Positions 47,617-60,810 are shown, counted from the whole stretch's first letter. The stretch: DNA of 63,924 nt, filler included, from Lama guanicoe (GCA_013239625.1; 212 parts of 212 records of this genome joined end to end with filler, not necessarily neighbours in it), one strand, 5' to 3'. The notes: generated by a model not told the origin, from the sequence alone. Program-made: numbers and translations.

Positions 47617-50440
47617 NNNNNNNNNNNNNNNNNNNNNNNNNNNNNNNNNNNNNNNNNNNNTTAATTAATTAANNNNNNNNNNNNNNNNNNNNNNNNNNNN
47701 NNNNNNNNNNNNNNNNTAATGTGATTCATATATCTAAATTTGTAGCAGTCATGACTTTAGGGTAAGTTATAAGAAGTGAAATTACAAGGTATATGCATAT
47801 ATACTGTACACATTTGTGAGTATTTTGGAATGAATTAACAAATTGCTATTTTAAAAAATATCCTGTAAATTTTCTTCCCAGAATCAGTGAATGGGGATAT
47901 TGCTACCCTTTTTAGACCNNNNNNNNNNNNNNNNNNNNNNNNNNNNNNNNNNNNNNNNNNNNTTAATTAATTAANNNNNNNNNNNNNNNNNNNNNNNNNN
48001 NNNNNNNNNNNNNNNNNNTTAGTTGGTTAATTTCTGTGAAGTAACTTTACTGAGAGTTTTCTTTTTATCTGTGTCTATATCCATACTTAAATATCTGTAC
48101 CTCTATTTATAGCTACCTCTGTCTGCCTTACCTTCATTTTTATCTGAGATACATTTAATAACTGCCATGTGTTTGATTTAAACTATTTGGTTCATTGAAA
48201 TATTTTATATAATTCTCATTNNNNNNNNNNNNNNNNNNNNNNNNNNNNNNNNNNNNNNNNNNNNTTAATTAATTAANNNNNNNNNNNNNNNNNNNNNNNN
48301 NNNNNNNNNNNNNNNNNNNNCCAGAGAGGAGGCTGTGACCAGAGGCGCACTTGACCCAGTGTCTCCAAACCAGGCCGGGAGCTCCTCAGGACACCAGCAT
48401 TCTGCCAGATGGTCTAGATAAAAAGCTCTGAGGCTATGTCTTTGGAAAAGGCTCAGCTGCACTTTCTTTGCGACGGGACTTCAGAGAGGCTGAGATGCTG
48501 AGATACGTGAAAAATGTGCAGANNNNNNNNNNNNNNNNNNNNNNNNNNNNNNNNNNNNNNNNNNNNTTAATTAATTAANNNNNNNNNNNNNNNNNNNNNN
48601 NNNNNNNNNNNNNNNNNNNNNNATTCCATCCTTATAGATAAGATTTATTAAAAATTTCCAATCATAGAATTATCTTTCCTTTCCAATAATTCAATTTATA
48701 TCTAACCTCTACTTCCTGATGCTCTCCCCAAAATTATTCAACCATAGCCCAAGTCCTTTCACCGATCTTTCTAATATCCTCTCACTGAGATAACCCACAT
48801 TTCTCCATGGTATGTATATACTCTNNNNNNNNNNNNNNNNNNNNNNNNNNNNNNNNNNNNNNNNNNNNTTAATTAATTAANNNNNNNNNNNNNNNNNNNN
48901 NNNNNNNNNNNNNNNNNNNNNNNNCATAATGTCCCAGTCATGCATATACATACATATATTCATTTTCATATTTAAAAAATACTATTAACTATCTACGTAT
49001 CTTACTCAGATTTTACCAGCTGTCCCATCAATATCATTTTATGGTTCTGCTGACCCACGCTGCATTTACTTCTCATACCTCCTTAGTGTCCTCCAGCCCG
49101 GGGCAGTTCCTCTGTCTTTGTCTTTCNNNNNNNNNNNNNNNNNNNNNNNNNNNNNNNNNNNNNNNNNNNNTTAATTAATTAANNNNNNNNNNNNNNNNNN
49201 NNNNNNNNNNNNNNNNNNNNNNNNNNGGATTCCCAGGTTCTGAATATTATTTCCCCTTTCCACCACTGATGTGAGGAGCTGAGCTTATCCGTTTTTCTGC
49301 AGTCTCATCTCTACCATCTGCTAAAGGTAGATAATGTCTGCTGTTCACATACTACTCTATGTCGTCCAAGAAACAAAGTAAAACCTCAAATTTGCCAGGA
49401 CAGCCTCAGTGGAAGGCAGTAACAAAGCNNNNNNNNNNNNNNNNNNNNNNNNNNNNNNNNNNNNNNNNNNNNTTAATTAATTAANNNNNNNNNNNNNNNN
49501 NNNNNNNNNNNNNNNNNNNNNNNNNNNNAAAGTGGTGGGAAAAAAGTTAGGGAAATCATGGTACTCCTGGGATGATCCACAGGGCAGAGGCACATGATAG
49601 GTTTTCAATAAGTATGTATGGAATGAATGAATCAGGAAGCAATTGTGTGTTTGGGGAGCTAACCTGCCTACTTAACTTACGAGCATCTGTCTCATTACAA
49701 ATGAACAGACATTATGCCTTGATTGAGTGANNNNNNNNNNNNNNNNNNNNNNNNNNNNNNNNNNNNNNNNNNNNTTAATTAATTAANNNNNNNNNNNNNN
49801 NNNNNNNNNNNNNNNNNNNNNNNNNNNNNNCACAGTGGTGTGTAGGGGGACAGACAGCGGTTCCGGGCCTGCCTCTGGAGTCACACCTATGTCTAATCTT
49901 TGCTTCCCCAGGCCGTTCTGTGCCCCTGTTTCCTCGTCTGTAACGTGAAGTTAGCGTATAACCGAATTCTGCTCCACTTACTCTTGCCATTTTCTTGGTG
50001 TCTGGGATCCCGTGGGTCAGGACTTTGGACAGNNNNNNNNNNNNNNNNNNNNNNNNNNNNNNNNNNNNNNNNNNNNTTAATTAATTAANNNNNNNNNNNN
50101 NNNNNNNNNNNNNNNNNNNNNNNNNNNNNNNNAAGAAGGAGGAAAAGTGAGAACAGGAGGGGGGTGGTTCTCAGTGGGACGCGCTGACATTTCTCTCCAA
50201 CGTGACGCTGCCGGGCAAATGTCACTGCTGGGACACACATGGGGATGGCATAAAGTATTTCTAAGGGAGGGTCTATGCCACCAGACACCCTCGCAGAAGG
50301 TTCCAGATGGCTGTGTTCATGTGGCTGAGCAGCGNNNNNNNNNNNNNNNNNNNNNNNNNNNNNNNNNNNNNNNNNNNNTTAATTAATTAANNNNNNNNNN
50401 NNNNNNNNNNNNNNNNNNNNNNNNNNNNNNNNNNAAGCCC

Positions 50441-50569
50441 TATAAATACTCGTGATGAGGCTGCAAATGTCTATACAGGTAGCAAAGTTACGAAGAGAAA
50501 GATGTTGGCAACCTCCGGTCTTTCCAAAAGGTTCCAAACCATCCTCATCACTTTCTCTTGCATGTAAGT
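50441..50569 (+). other. Candidate TATA-box promoter plus first coding exon (MLATSGLSKRFQTILITFSC..)
   Basis: TATAAATA at 50441, AAGATG with ATG at 50502, frame open to 50563, GTAAGT donor at 50564-50569. Confidence 0.4.
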
Positions 50570-51642
50570 TTCAATGATAATTCTACGTTTATGAGTTTCT
50601 TTTGCTACCAAAAAGCAATACGCTAGTTTTAATGCTNNNNNNNNNNNNNNNNNNNNNNNNNNNNNNNNNNNNNNNNNNNNTTAATTAATTAANNNNNNNN
50701 NNNNNNNNNNNNNNNNNNNNNNNNNNNNNNNNNNNNAAATCCCCATGTGGTGAAATCACTGTAATTAACTTATTCTTGAAACTTACGCTGGATCCTAATT
50801 CCTTATTTCCATATTTTCTAAAAAAAAAAACTGTATATGCAAAGCACACATACAAATCAATACATATACACACACACACACACCAAAAAATCTACCCTGA
50901 CAAAAGGCTATTTAACCTCTTCCACCATGATTTTCCCTNNNNNNNNNNNNNNNNNNNNNNNNNNNNNNNNNNNNNNNNNNNNTTAATTAATTAANNNNNN
51001 NNNNNNNNNNNNNNNNNNNNNNNNNNNNNNNNNNNNNNTTGCTTCTATTAAGAGAAGTAAAACATTTAGCAATTTTATAGCTGTGGTATATGGGGGATTG
51101 GGTTCAAAAAGGGCTCTTGATTTCTGGTAAGTCACTTCTTCACTCTGAGTAACAGTCTTTATAATAACCCACTCACATAATCGTTGCCTCGGTTAGGTTA
51201 TGAAAAGCTGTATGAATGCACCTGGCACCCTGTTTTGAACNNNNNNNNNNNNNNNNNNNNNNNNNNNNNNNNNNNNNNNNNNNNTTAATTAATTAANNNN
51301 NNNNNNNNNNNNNNNNNNNNNNNNNNNNNNNNNNNNNNNNAGACCTCTCACAAGTGGCCTTGTTTAGGTTCCTTAAAATTATACTAGATTGCACGTTTAA
51401 TTTAGTTATTGAAGTGTGATCTTTTGGAAGACTAATTTTTTTATAATTGATAATTACTGCACTAGAAATTCAAAATGCAAGCTATACAAGTTTAAAAAAA
51501 AATATGTACACCTCGAACTGATTAGTAGATCAGAAGGTTCCANNNNNNNNNNNNNNNNNNNNNNNNNNNNNNNNNNNNNNNNNNNNTTAATTAATTAANN
51601 NNNNNNNNNNNNNNNNNNNNNNNNNNNNNNNNNNNNNNNNNN

Positions 51643-51844
51643 TACTTAAGAGGTAGAATCTGGAAGACTTGGTTACTGAGTAAACATAGTGGATAAGAGA
51701 AATGGAAGCCTCCAATGAAAAGGATGGAGCTCAGATCTGGGTAATAAGATCAACGGCTGATGATAAAATCACTGCCTTGAGGAGAAGAATGAGTGTAGAG
51801 TTGAAGAATTCCATTTTGGACATGAGCATGAGGTGCCCATAGAT
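51643..51844 (+). repeat. Near-identical contig pair D, copy 1 (partner 52247-52448), L2-like
   Basis: 7 substitutions, first at offset 50 and last at offset 153. Confidence 0.97.
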
Positions 51845-52246
51845 NNNNNNNNNNNNNNNNNNNNNNNNNNNNNNNNNNNNNNNNNNNNTTAATTAATTAA
51901 NNNNNNNNNNNNNNNNNNNNNNNNNNNNNNNNNNNNNNNNNNNNGTGCCTGATTTTGTCAACATTCTTAGCACAGGTGTATATTAGCCAGATTTACAAAG
52001 CTGGCAAATAAGTACATAAATAAATCCGATGTTTTCGTTTTAAGTAAGAAGTTACTCGTATAAGTCCTGGAGCACTTGAAGTGCTTCCAATCATCATGGT
52101 CCCTTTCTGTAGAATGACTACACGGAGAGCTTGACTGATCCGAAAANNNNNNNNNNNNNNNNNNNNNNNNNNNNNNNNNNNNNNNNNNNNTTAATTAATT
52201 AANNNNNNNNNNNNNNNNNNNNNNNNNNNNNNNNNNNNNNNNNNNN

Positions 52247-52448
52247 TACTTAAGAGGTAGAATCTGGAAGACTTGGTTACTGAGTAAACATAGTGAATGA
52301 GAAAAATGGAAGCCTCCAATGAAAAAGATGGAGCTCAGATCTGGGTAATAAGATCAACAGCTGATGATAAAATCACTGACTTGAGGAGAAGAATGAGTAT
52401 AGAGTTGAAGAATTCCATTTTGGACATGAGCATGAGGTGCCCATAGAT
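52247..52448 (+). repeat. Near-identical contig pair D, copy 2
   Basis: Matches 51643-51844 with 7 substitutions. Confidence 0.97.
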
Positions 52449-52548
52449 NNNNNNNNNNNNNNNNNNNNNNNNNNNNNNNNNNNNNNNNNNNNTTAATTAA
52501 TTAANNNNNNNNNNNNNNNNNNNNNNNNNNNNNNNNNNNNNNNNNNNN

Positions 52549-52750
52549 TTTTTCCTTCAAACATCTCTCCAGTTTTCACTTCCATGTCATCTTGCCACCA
52601 CTGACCCTAGACCCCAGCTCAACTGCGATATGGCACCCACTTCCTATCTGGTCTCTCTGCCCTCATGCTGCTGCCTCTGTGTCATCCTCTATGCCACCAC
52701 TGGAGTGGCCTTTTCAAAATGAAAATCTGGTCATGTCACATTCATGTCAC
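52549..52750 (+). mobile_element. L2 remnant
   Basis: CCTTCAAACATCTCTCC...CCACCACTGACCCTAG...CTGGTCTCTCTGCC...TTTTCAAAATGAAAATCTGGTCATGTCAC. Confidence 0.6.
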
Positions 52751-53756
52751 NNNNNNNNNNNNNNNNNNNNNNNNNNNNNNNNNNNNNNNNNNNNTTAATT
52801 AATTAANNNNNNNNNNNNNNNNNNNNNNNNNNNNNNNNNNNNNNNNNNNNTTGAGGTCAGTTTTCTTTCATGAGTGCAAAACAGACCACATAAGGATATG
52901 GTGTGCCTTCGCGCCACCCTCTTTTCATTTAATGGAAAAAAAAAAAGGATTCATCTCAGAATCATAGAAGGAAAAAAAACTCTTCGGGAGTCAGTCTTCA
53001 CCGACAAATCAAGGACGCTCAAGTAAAATCAGCCTCTCTGAAGGATGGTCAGNNNNNNNNNNNNNNNNNNNNNNNNNNNNNNNNNNNNNNNNNNNNTTAA
53101 TTAATTAANNNNNNNNNNNNNNNNNNNNNNNNNNNNNNNNNNNNNNNNNNNNGGGGTTTTTTCCCTCTTTGTTTTAGCCTCTTCATATTAGAGTTCTTCC
53201 TCAAAGCCTGGTGATTCCTGGTTGTCTCCTCGTTTTTATAGGTGGGGCACTAGAAGCTGGCTGGCAGCTGTGCACATGTGGGTGAGGTTTATATCCCTGT
53301 GTGGACCTCACTGATGGCTGGGCTGGTGGGGCTGCTTTGTCAGGAGCCTCCAGTNNNNNNNNNNNNNNNNNNNNNNNNNNNNNNNNNNNNNNNNNNNNTT
53401 AATTAATTAANNNNNNNNNNNNNNNNNNNNNNNNNNNNNNNNNNNNNNNNNNNNGAATCCAAGCTGAGTAACCCAAAGCGAGGGGCCTGAGTCGTGATGG
53501 AAATAGAGGAAGAACCGAATGGACTGGTGACCTCAGTGTGGCCAAAATGTTAATACAGGGCTCGGAGAACACCTGAGCAGGGAACGTGTCAGGTGATCGT
53601 GGGACTGCTTGGAATTGAAATTTCAGAGTTGTTACAATTAATGGTGATATCAAGGTNNNNNNNNNNNNNNNNNNNNNNNNNNNNNNNNNNNNNNNNNNNN
53701 TTAATTAATTAANNNNNNNNNNNNNNNNNNNNNNNNNNNNNNNNNNNNNNNNNNNN

Positions 53757-53958
53757 CAGTTTTAAAAGGGATTATTCCTTTCATGTAAAGAAATGCCACT
53801 CATTTCTGTATGTTGATGTTGGATCCTGCTACCTTGCTGAATTCTTTCCTTAGCGCTTAGTTTTTCTGCGGAGCCTTTAGGGTTTTCTGTGTATAGTACT
53901 ATGTCATCCGCATATGACAATTTTACCTCTTTTCTTCCAACTTGGGTCACTTTTCTTT
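53757..53958 (-). mobile_element. L1 ORF2 RT fragment including the catalytic YADD
   Basis: Minus strand reads QVGRKEVKLSYADDIVLYTENPKGSAEKL and then shifts frame; RT motif (F/Y)ADD. Confidence 0.93.
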
Positions 53959-54168
53959 NNNNNNNNNNNNNNNNNNNNNNNNNNNNNNNNNNNNNNNNNN
54001 NNTTAATTAATTAANNNNNNNNNNNNNNNNNNNNNNNNNNNNNNNNNNNNNNNNNNNNTCTCGTTATTTTTTAATAGAACTAGTTACTATTAAATCTCTG
54101 ATTCATTTTGGGTCACATTACTTTTTGTTATACTTGAAATGTCTTTGTCTTCTTTTCTTAATTTACTC

Positions 54169-54260
54169 TGTTGGGGAGGAAGTAATTTTCCTCGGCCCTT
54201 CTAGGTCCTTCAGACTGGTCTAAGAATTAAACTGACATGTGACAGATTAACCAGAGAAAA
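54169..54260 (-). mobile_element. ERV LTR terminus
   Basis: TGTTGGGGAGGAAGTAATTTTCCTC...CTTCTAGGTCC...TAAACTGACATGTGACAGATTAACCAGAGAAAA. Confidence 0.55.
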
Positions 54261-55870
54261 NNNNNNNNNNNNNNNNNNNNNNNNNNNNNNNNNNNNNNNN
54301 NNNNTTAATTAATTAANNNNNNNNNNNNNNNNNNNNNNNNNNNNNNNNNNNNNNNNNNNNTCTAGGAAGCATCCCAGTGCAGACTTCACATCACTTTTCT
54401 GGTAGTATGATAACAGAACGAGCAAGTACTGACGGATAAAAGGAGAGATGACAGATCGTAGCCAGCCTGGCAAATTCAGGGTGCATATTCCTTCTGCTAA
54501 GTACATCCTACTTTGATGAATTATATACCCTGTATCCTGCATCCCTGCTCTTCACAACCTGTNNNNNNNNNNNNNNNNNNNNNNNNNNNNNNNNNNNNNN
54601 NNNNNNTTAATTAATTAANNNNNNNNNNNNNNNNNNNNNNNNNNNNNNNNNNNNNNNNNNNNCTTCTGAGCGCTCTCCTCTCTGTGGACGTGTCCTTCTG
54701 CTGCAACTCTCACTTGTTCTGCTGTGACTTTGTGTGGGATTTGACCTTGACACTTTCCTGTTGCTTTTTATGTGACTTGAATGTTTATGAGCTTTTAGCA
54801 GGAGGCCTGGTACCAAGGCGTCTCCTACTCCGCAGACGGCCTTCTTCTGCTGGTCTCTCGTGATNNNNNNNNNNNNNNNNNNNNNNNNNNNNNNNNNNNN
54901 NNNNNNNNTTAATTAATTAANNNNNNNNNNNNNNNNNNNNNNNNNNNNNNNNNNNNNNNNNNNNGCAGGAGCAGGGAGCGGATGTAACAAGTTGGCACAG
55001 GGTGACTCAGGTGGGATCAGAAAAAGCCTCTGAAAGGGAACAAAAAGTCTAGAAAGGGAATCACTCCAATGGGGCCGAAGCCAAATTCTGGATGCTTGAA
55101 GAATATTTTTGGAAAGATTAGCCCAGGGTGGGGTCCTAACCACAAGCCGTCAAATCCCAGCCCACANNNNNNNNNNNNNNNNNNNNNNNNNNNNNNNNNN
55201 NNNNNNNNNNTTAATTAATTAANNNNNNNNNNNNNNNNNNNNNNNNNNNNNNNNNNNNNNNNNNNNGTCCTCAGTCAGGTGACCGAGATTACCATCAGCA
55301 GTGATATGTCACGTTGGTAGTATGTTCCCCTGTAGTTCTTCTGCCGCAAACGCGAGCCTCAGTCTAATCATGAGAAAAAAAACTCCAACTGAAATACATT
55401 CCCCAAATTCCATACCATTATCCTTAAAACTACTAAAAATGTCAAAAATAAGAAAAAATGGGAAAATGNNNNNNNNNNNNNNNNNNNNNNNNNNNNNNNN
55501 NNNNNNNNNNNNTTAATTAATTAANNNNNNNNNNNNNNNNNNNNNNNNNNNNNNNNNNNNNNNNNNNNCTTAACTCCTACTCCCACTCTCTAAGTCCTTC
55601 CCGGGACCCGCCTCTCCGTCACACGCGCAGCCCCCACGAGGCGCGGGCGTTCGGACAGCAGCCAGATGCGGTCTTCACACCGGCTTGCAGACGCCCGCAG
55701 GGGAGACTGCCTGCCGTCTTCCACGCGTGATCTGTGGCTTCAGAAACGTGCAGTTCTTGGGCTAACTCAGNNNNNNNNNNNNNNNNNNNNNNNNNNNNNN
55801 NNNNNNNNNNNNNNTTAATTAATTAANNNNNNNNNNNNNNNNNNNNNNNNNNNNNNNNNNNNNNNNNNNN

Positions 55871-56071
55871 GCAGATGTACATGACGTCCTCAAAGACAGA
55901 CGTGTCAGCACAAGCCAAATGCACCAGCATGGGGGCCTTGCAGAAGAAATGGTCGATCTCATGAGCACCGCAAAATGGGAAGCTCAGGATGGCAGCAGCC
56001 TGCATGAGCCCATCAGCCGCCCTCAGGAACCAAGACGCCAGAGTCATCTGCAAACATAATCGCCGGCTCAA
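55871..56071 (-). CDS. Olfactory receptor fragment, family 2T (OR2T8/12/33-like), TM4-ECL2-start of TM5; intactness unknown
   Basis: [67 protein letters not shown] contains the OR motifs FC..EIDHFFC and LACADT. The frame is open across the contig. Confidence 0.88.
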
Positions 56072-57380
56072 GNNNNNNNNNNNNNNNNNNNNNNNNNNNN
56101 NNNNNNNNNNNNNNNNTTAATTAATTAANNNNNNNNNNNNNNNNNNNNNNNNNNNNNNNNNNNNNNNNNNNNAGGCCCCAGAAGCTCACAGGCCTCCCCC
56201 AGTGCCCGCAAAGCCAGTGCTGCTCCCTCCTCTCCCGGCCCTCACCTCCGTGCACTGACTTGAGTTGATAAAGAAGACTCAGGCCAGGGGTCTGAGAGGC
56301 CACTGCTGTCAGCTGCACAGAGGCTCCGAGCCTGGTACCTGTGGGCACAGGGCTTGAAGGCCTGCTTCTCTATGNNNNNNNNNNNNNNNNNNNNNNNNNN
56401 NNNNNNNNNNNNNNNNNNTTAATTAATTAANNNNNNNNNNNNNNNNNNNNNNNNNNNNNNNNNNNNNNNNNNNNAATCCAAAAAAATAAAATAAAATAAT
56501 AAAATTTTAAAAACCTAAAAAAAGTGCAAACAGCCAAAATCACAAGAAAAAAAAGAGTTTAAATAAAAGCAGAATTAAACAATTTTAATTACCTTTTTTT
56601 TAATCCATGAATCCATGAGCATAACACAGAAATTAAGCATGTAATAATTTAAATAACCAGCAATTCAAACAATATANNNNNNNNNNNNNNNNNNNNNNNN
56701 NNNNNNNNNNNNNNNNNNNNTTAATTAATTAANNNNNNNNNNNNNNNNNNNNNNNNNNNNNNNNNNNNNNNNNNNNAAAACCTTTCTAGCATTGATGTAA
56801 ATTAACAGAACAGATGAGGGGTTAGGGAAGTGAAAAAATTTTAAGCCAACCAACTGAACAGCCAGAATGGTGTTTTACACTTTAATACAACTGAATGCGG
56901 TTATGTGCGTGAGGGACCACATCAAATCTGTTTCCTAATGTTTACAAATCTCTTGAATCAACAAGACTAGCCTTCTCANNNNNNNNNNNNNNNNNNNNNN
57001 NNNNNNNNNNNNNNNNNNNNNNTTAATTAATTAANNNNNNNNNNNNNNNNNNNNNNNNNNNNNNNNNNNNNNNNNNNNAGCTAGGAAGTAGTGAACCTGG
57101 TGTTCAGGGCCATGCAAGCTTTCCCCAGAACGTGAACTGGCATTGTACGTCTCTGCTAACAGGCACGCACAGAGAGAGAACACAGCAGACGGGGAGAGAA
57201 AGGCGCCAGGAGAGAGAAAGCAGGGAGGGGTGTCGTTCCCTGAATAGTACGCAGGCTTAGACGGCTCTTTCCCTGCTTGTNNNNNNNNNNNNNNNNNNNN
57301 NNNNNNNNNNNNNNNNNNNNNNNNTTAATTAATTAANNNNNNNNNNNNNNNNNNNNNNNNNNNNNNNNNNNNNNNNNNNN

Positions 57381-57575
57381 TAGAATATAGAATAGAGTAT
57401 ACAGAATATAGAATGTAGAATCTAGAATACAGAACACAGAATATAGAATATACAATGCACAATACTAAACCCAGAATTTAGAACATGGAATTCAGAAACA
57501 ATAATTTAGAATTTAGTATACAGAATATAGAAAATAGAATGTAGAATAGAGAATGTAGAACACAGAATGTAGAAT
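57381..57575. repeat. Degenerate (TAGAATA)n/(AGAAT)n tandem repeat
   Basis: Repeated TAGAATA, TAGAATG and CAGAATA units. Confidence 0.9.
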
Positions 57576-58286
57576 GAGGTATNNNNNNNNNNNNNNNNNN
57601 NNNNNNNNNNNNNNNNNNNNNNNNNNTTAATTAATTAANNNNNNNNNNNNNNNNNNNNNNNNNNNNNNNNNNNNNNNNNNNNGATCTTATACACATATGG
57701 CATCATGAATGTCTTTGTATGACGGACTGGGAAAGGTTTCCCCATTTTTATTCCTCAACAGTTTTTTGATATTTGTCCACTTCCTTGATAGAATGGATTT
57801 CTGGTCCTCTAAAGTTGGAAATGGTAGGAGAATTGAGGAGATTTGGGAAGGGATGGATGGCTGACTCCATCCTGAGATTCTCCANNNNNNNNNNNNNNNN
57901 NNNNNNNNNNNNNNNNNNNNNNNNNNNNTTAATTAATTAANNNNNNNNNNNNNNNNNNNNNNNNNNNNNNNNNNNNNNNNNNNNATTTCCATCTTTCAGA
58001 CACTCAGACATTCATGACTCTGTAACTACTCCCGATTCACGGTGGTGGACACAAGTTACCTTGCAACACTGGAGAATGCAAAGTCACTTGCCTGATTCCA
58101 AATACCGACCTGTCTTTACACATGTGTAAAAGACCTGTCTTCAATGTGTACACTGATTATCAAGGGATATCATTTAAAAGGAAGGGNNNNNNNNNNNNNN
58201 NNNNNNNNNNNNNNNNNNNNNNNNNNNNNNTTAATTAATTAANNNNNNNNNNNNNNNNNNNNNNNNNNNNNNNNNNNNNNNNNNNN

Positions 58287-58488
58287 TATATATAGCATCA
58301 AGTCATCTGCATATTGTGACAATTTTACCTCTTCCCTTCCCATTTGTATCCCTTTTATTTCTCTTGTTCCAAATTTTAGGAAGGCTTTCAACTCTTCCTG
58401 CAAGTATTAAATTGGCTGTGAGATTTCATAAATAGCTTTAATTATGTTGAGACATGTTCCCTCTATACTTATTTTGGTAAGAGTTTTT
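58287..58488 (-). mobile_element. L1 ORF2 RT fragment with an internal deletion
   Basis: TAGCATCAAGTCATCTGCATAT..TGACAATTTTACCTCTTCCCTTCC...TATGTTGAGACATGTTCCCTCTATAC. Confidence 0.88.
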
Positions 58489-58890
58489 NNNNNNNNNNNN
58501 NNNNNNNNNNNNNNNNNNNNNNNNNNNNNNNNTTAATTAATTAANNNNNNNNNNNNNNNNNNNNNNNNNNNNNNNNNNNNNNNNNNNNGGTTCATTTTAT
58601 ATTTTATGTTTATCAAAGATAAGGATGAAGGAAATAGATACCATGGCAGCATTTTATACACAATTTTTAAATCTATCTGGAATCATACCTAATCTTCAAA
58701 ACTGCAAGTTCCAATCAATCACCAAGAATGGTATTAAAATATAATTAGGTGAAATATGATGTACTTGCATAAATTTCAAATTTTTTCCAANNNNNNNNNN
58801 NNNNNNNNNNNNNNNNNNNNNNNNNNNNNNNNNNTTAATTAATTAANNNNNNNNNNNNNNNNNNNNNNNNNNNNNNNNNNNNNNNNNNNN

Positions 58891-59092
58891 AAGATGGAAT
58901 TATTAATCAAAAGAGAAGCAGAATTTAAAAATTTGGAAAATTCTCTGCTTATCCATATTGCAAAAAACAAGAACACTAAAGGTGTGGCCAAGGATCCTTT
59001 AATACTGATATTAGTATGGATGAGCCGTCTCACAGGAGCTAGGAGCTGTTCTCTAAAATGTGGCAGAATGGCCCTGAAGACAATTCAGAGAT
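58891..59092 (+). mobile_element. MaLR (MLT) internal fragment
   Basis: AAGCAGAATTTAAAAATTTGGAAAATTCTCTGC..ATCCATATTGCAAAAAA..GAACACTAAAGGTGTGGCCAAG. Confidence 0.6.
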
Positions 59093-59494
59093 NNNNNNNN
59101 NNNNNNNNNNNNNNNNNNNNNNNNNNNNNNNNNNNNTTAATTAATTAANNNNNNNNNNNNNNNNNNNNNNNNNNNNNNNNNNNNNNNNNNNNCCTGGAGC
59201 CACCCGCAGAAGCACCTGTTCCTCCCGGCGCTGCCTGGCGGGTTGTGGGGCCAGCCTGCTTGCTTCCCGGCAGGGTCCTGACACCAATCAACGGTGACCG
59301 CACAGTCCCGCACAGACACCTCCGTCAAACAGAGGTCACTCTGTCGGGCAGATTCACTGTCAGCCTCCTATCTTACTCTTTGTCATAAAGCTCTNNNNNN
59401 NNNNNNNNNNNNNNNNNNNNNNNNNNNNNNNNNNNNNNTTAATTAATTAANNNNNNNNNNNNNNNNNNNNNNNNNNNNNNNNNNNNNNNNNNNN

Positions 59495-59696
59495 ACTTAT
59501 TTACAAAACAGAAACACACTCACAGACATAGAAAACAAACTTACAGTTACCAGGGTGGGAGAGGGTGGGAAGGGATAAATTGGGAGTTTGAGACTTGCAG
59601 ATGCTAACTCCTATATATAAAATAGATAAACAAGTTTATACTATATACCACAGGGAACTATATTCAATACCTTGCAGTAACCTATAATGAAAAAGA
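59495..59696 (+). mobile_element. Lineage-specific L1 3' UTR
   Basis: ACTTATTTACAAAACAGAAACACACTCACAGACATAGAAAACAAACTTA...GGGATAAATTGGGAGTTTGAGA...CACAGGGAACTATATTCAATA. Confidence 0.9.
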
Positions 59697-60744
59697 NNNN
59701 NNNNNNNNNNNNNNNNNNNNNNNNNNNNNNNNNNNNNNNNTTAATTAATTAANNNNNNNNNNNNNNNNNNNNNNNNNNNNNNNNNNNNNNNNNNNNCTCC
59801 TGGCATAGAAGATTAGTGTGCTTTTTAAATTTTTCACAGTAAAACGTATCTGTATGAGACCCAAAATAAACTTTTAAATGCATACACAGCCTATTATGGA
59901 GAGGGATGCAGAAACCTTTTACTTTCTCCTAAATAGGATCTCTGTTGCTGTCTCTTCCTCCCCTGTCCAGCTAAGAACTCATGGTAAATAACTTCAGCNN
60001 NNNNNNNNNNNNNNNNNNNNNNNNNNNNNNNNNNNNNNNNNNTTAATTAATTAANNNNNNNNNNNNNNNNNNNNNNNNNNNNNNNNNNNNNNNNNNNNTA
60101 TTAATTACTTGGCATAAAAAGGCTCTGTCTTGTGATCCTTGCTGCAGCCAGATTTTAAAGATGCTTTTCTGGAAGGTACTGGACAAGCTCCTACCTTAAG
60201 ATTTCTGCACATGCAGTTCTCTGCCTAAACATATCTTGCTCCCTCATTTCCTTCATGTCTTTGATGAAAATACAGCTCTGAAGTTCCTTCTCTGCTCATT
60301 NNNNNNNNNNNNNNNNNNNNNNNNNNNNNNNNNNNNNNNNNNNNTTAATTAATTAANNNNNNNNNNNNNNNNNNNNNNNNNNNNNNNNNNNNNNNNNNNN
60401 TAATTTTGCTATACTTTTTTGTTAAAAAAGAAATATCTCAGCTATTCAAAGTGCAAATAACTTCTTTAATTGAGGCATGCTTGGTATTAATGCCAAGCCA
60501 TCTCCACCCGGTAGGACCCAGCTGCCGAGTGTTAGTTGTGATGGAGGCTGATGTCTGTGAAGTACATCTAATCCGTCTCATCGAGTTCATAGTGGACTTG
60601 GANNNNNNNNNNNNNNNNNNNNNNNNNNNNNNNNNNNNNNNNNNNNTTAATTAATTAANNNNNNNNNNNNNNNNNNNNNNNNNNNNNNNNNNNNNNNNNN
60701 NNTCTGCTGAGCTGCTTCCAGTCAAGGCTTTAGAACTGAGTTTC

Positions 60745-60810
60745 TGTGAGCTTGGGCACACTGCTGCCTTCTAACCTCAGTTTCCCCATCTGAACAACGA
60801 AGGTATAAGG
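60745..60810 (+). mobile_element. MIR core remnant
   Basis: CTGTGAGCTTGGGCAC...CCTCAGTTTCCCCATCTGAACAA. Confidence 0.55.

Noticed and set aside
21745..59696. Similarity between contigs 21745-21946 and 59495-59696, and between 29899-30012 and 47113-47270, as further allelic pairs
   Set aside because: Offset boundaries, indels and many mismatches show they are independent copies of L1 and LTR families.
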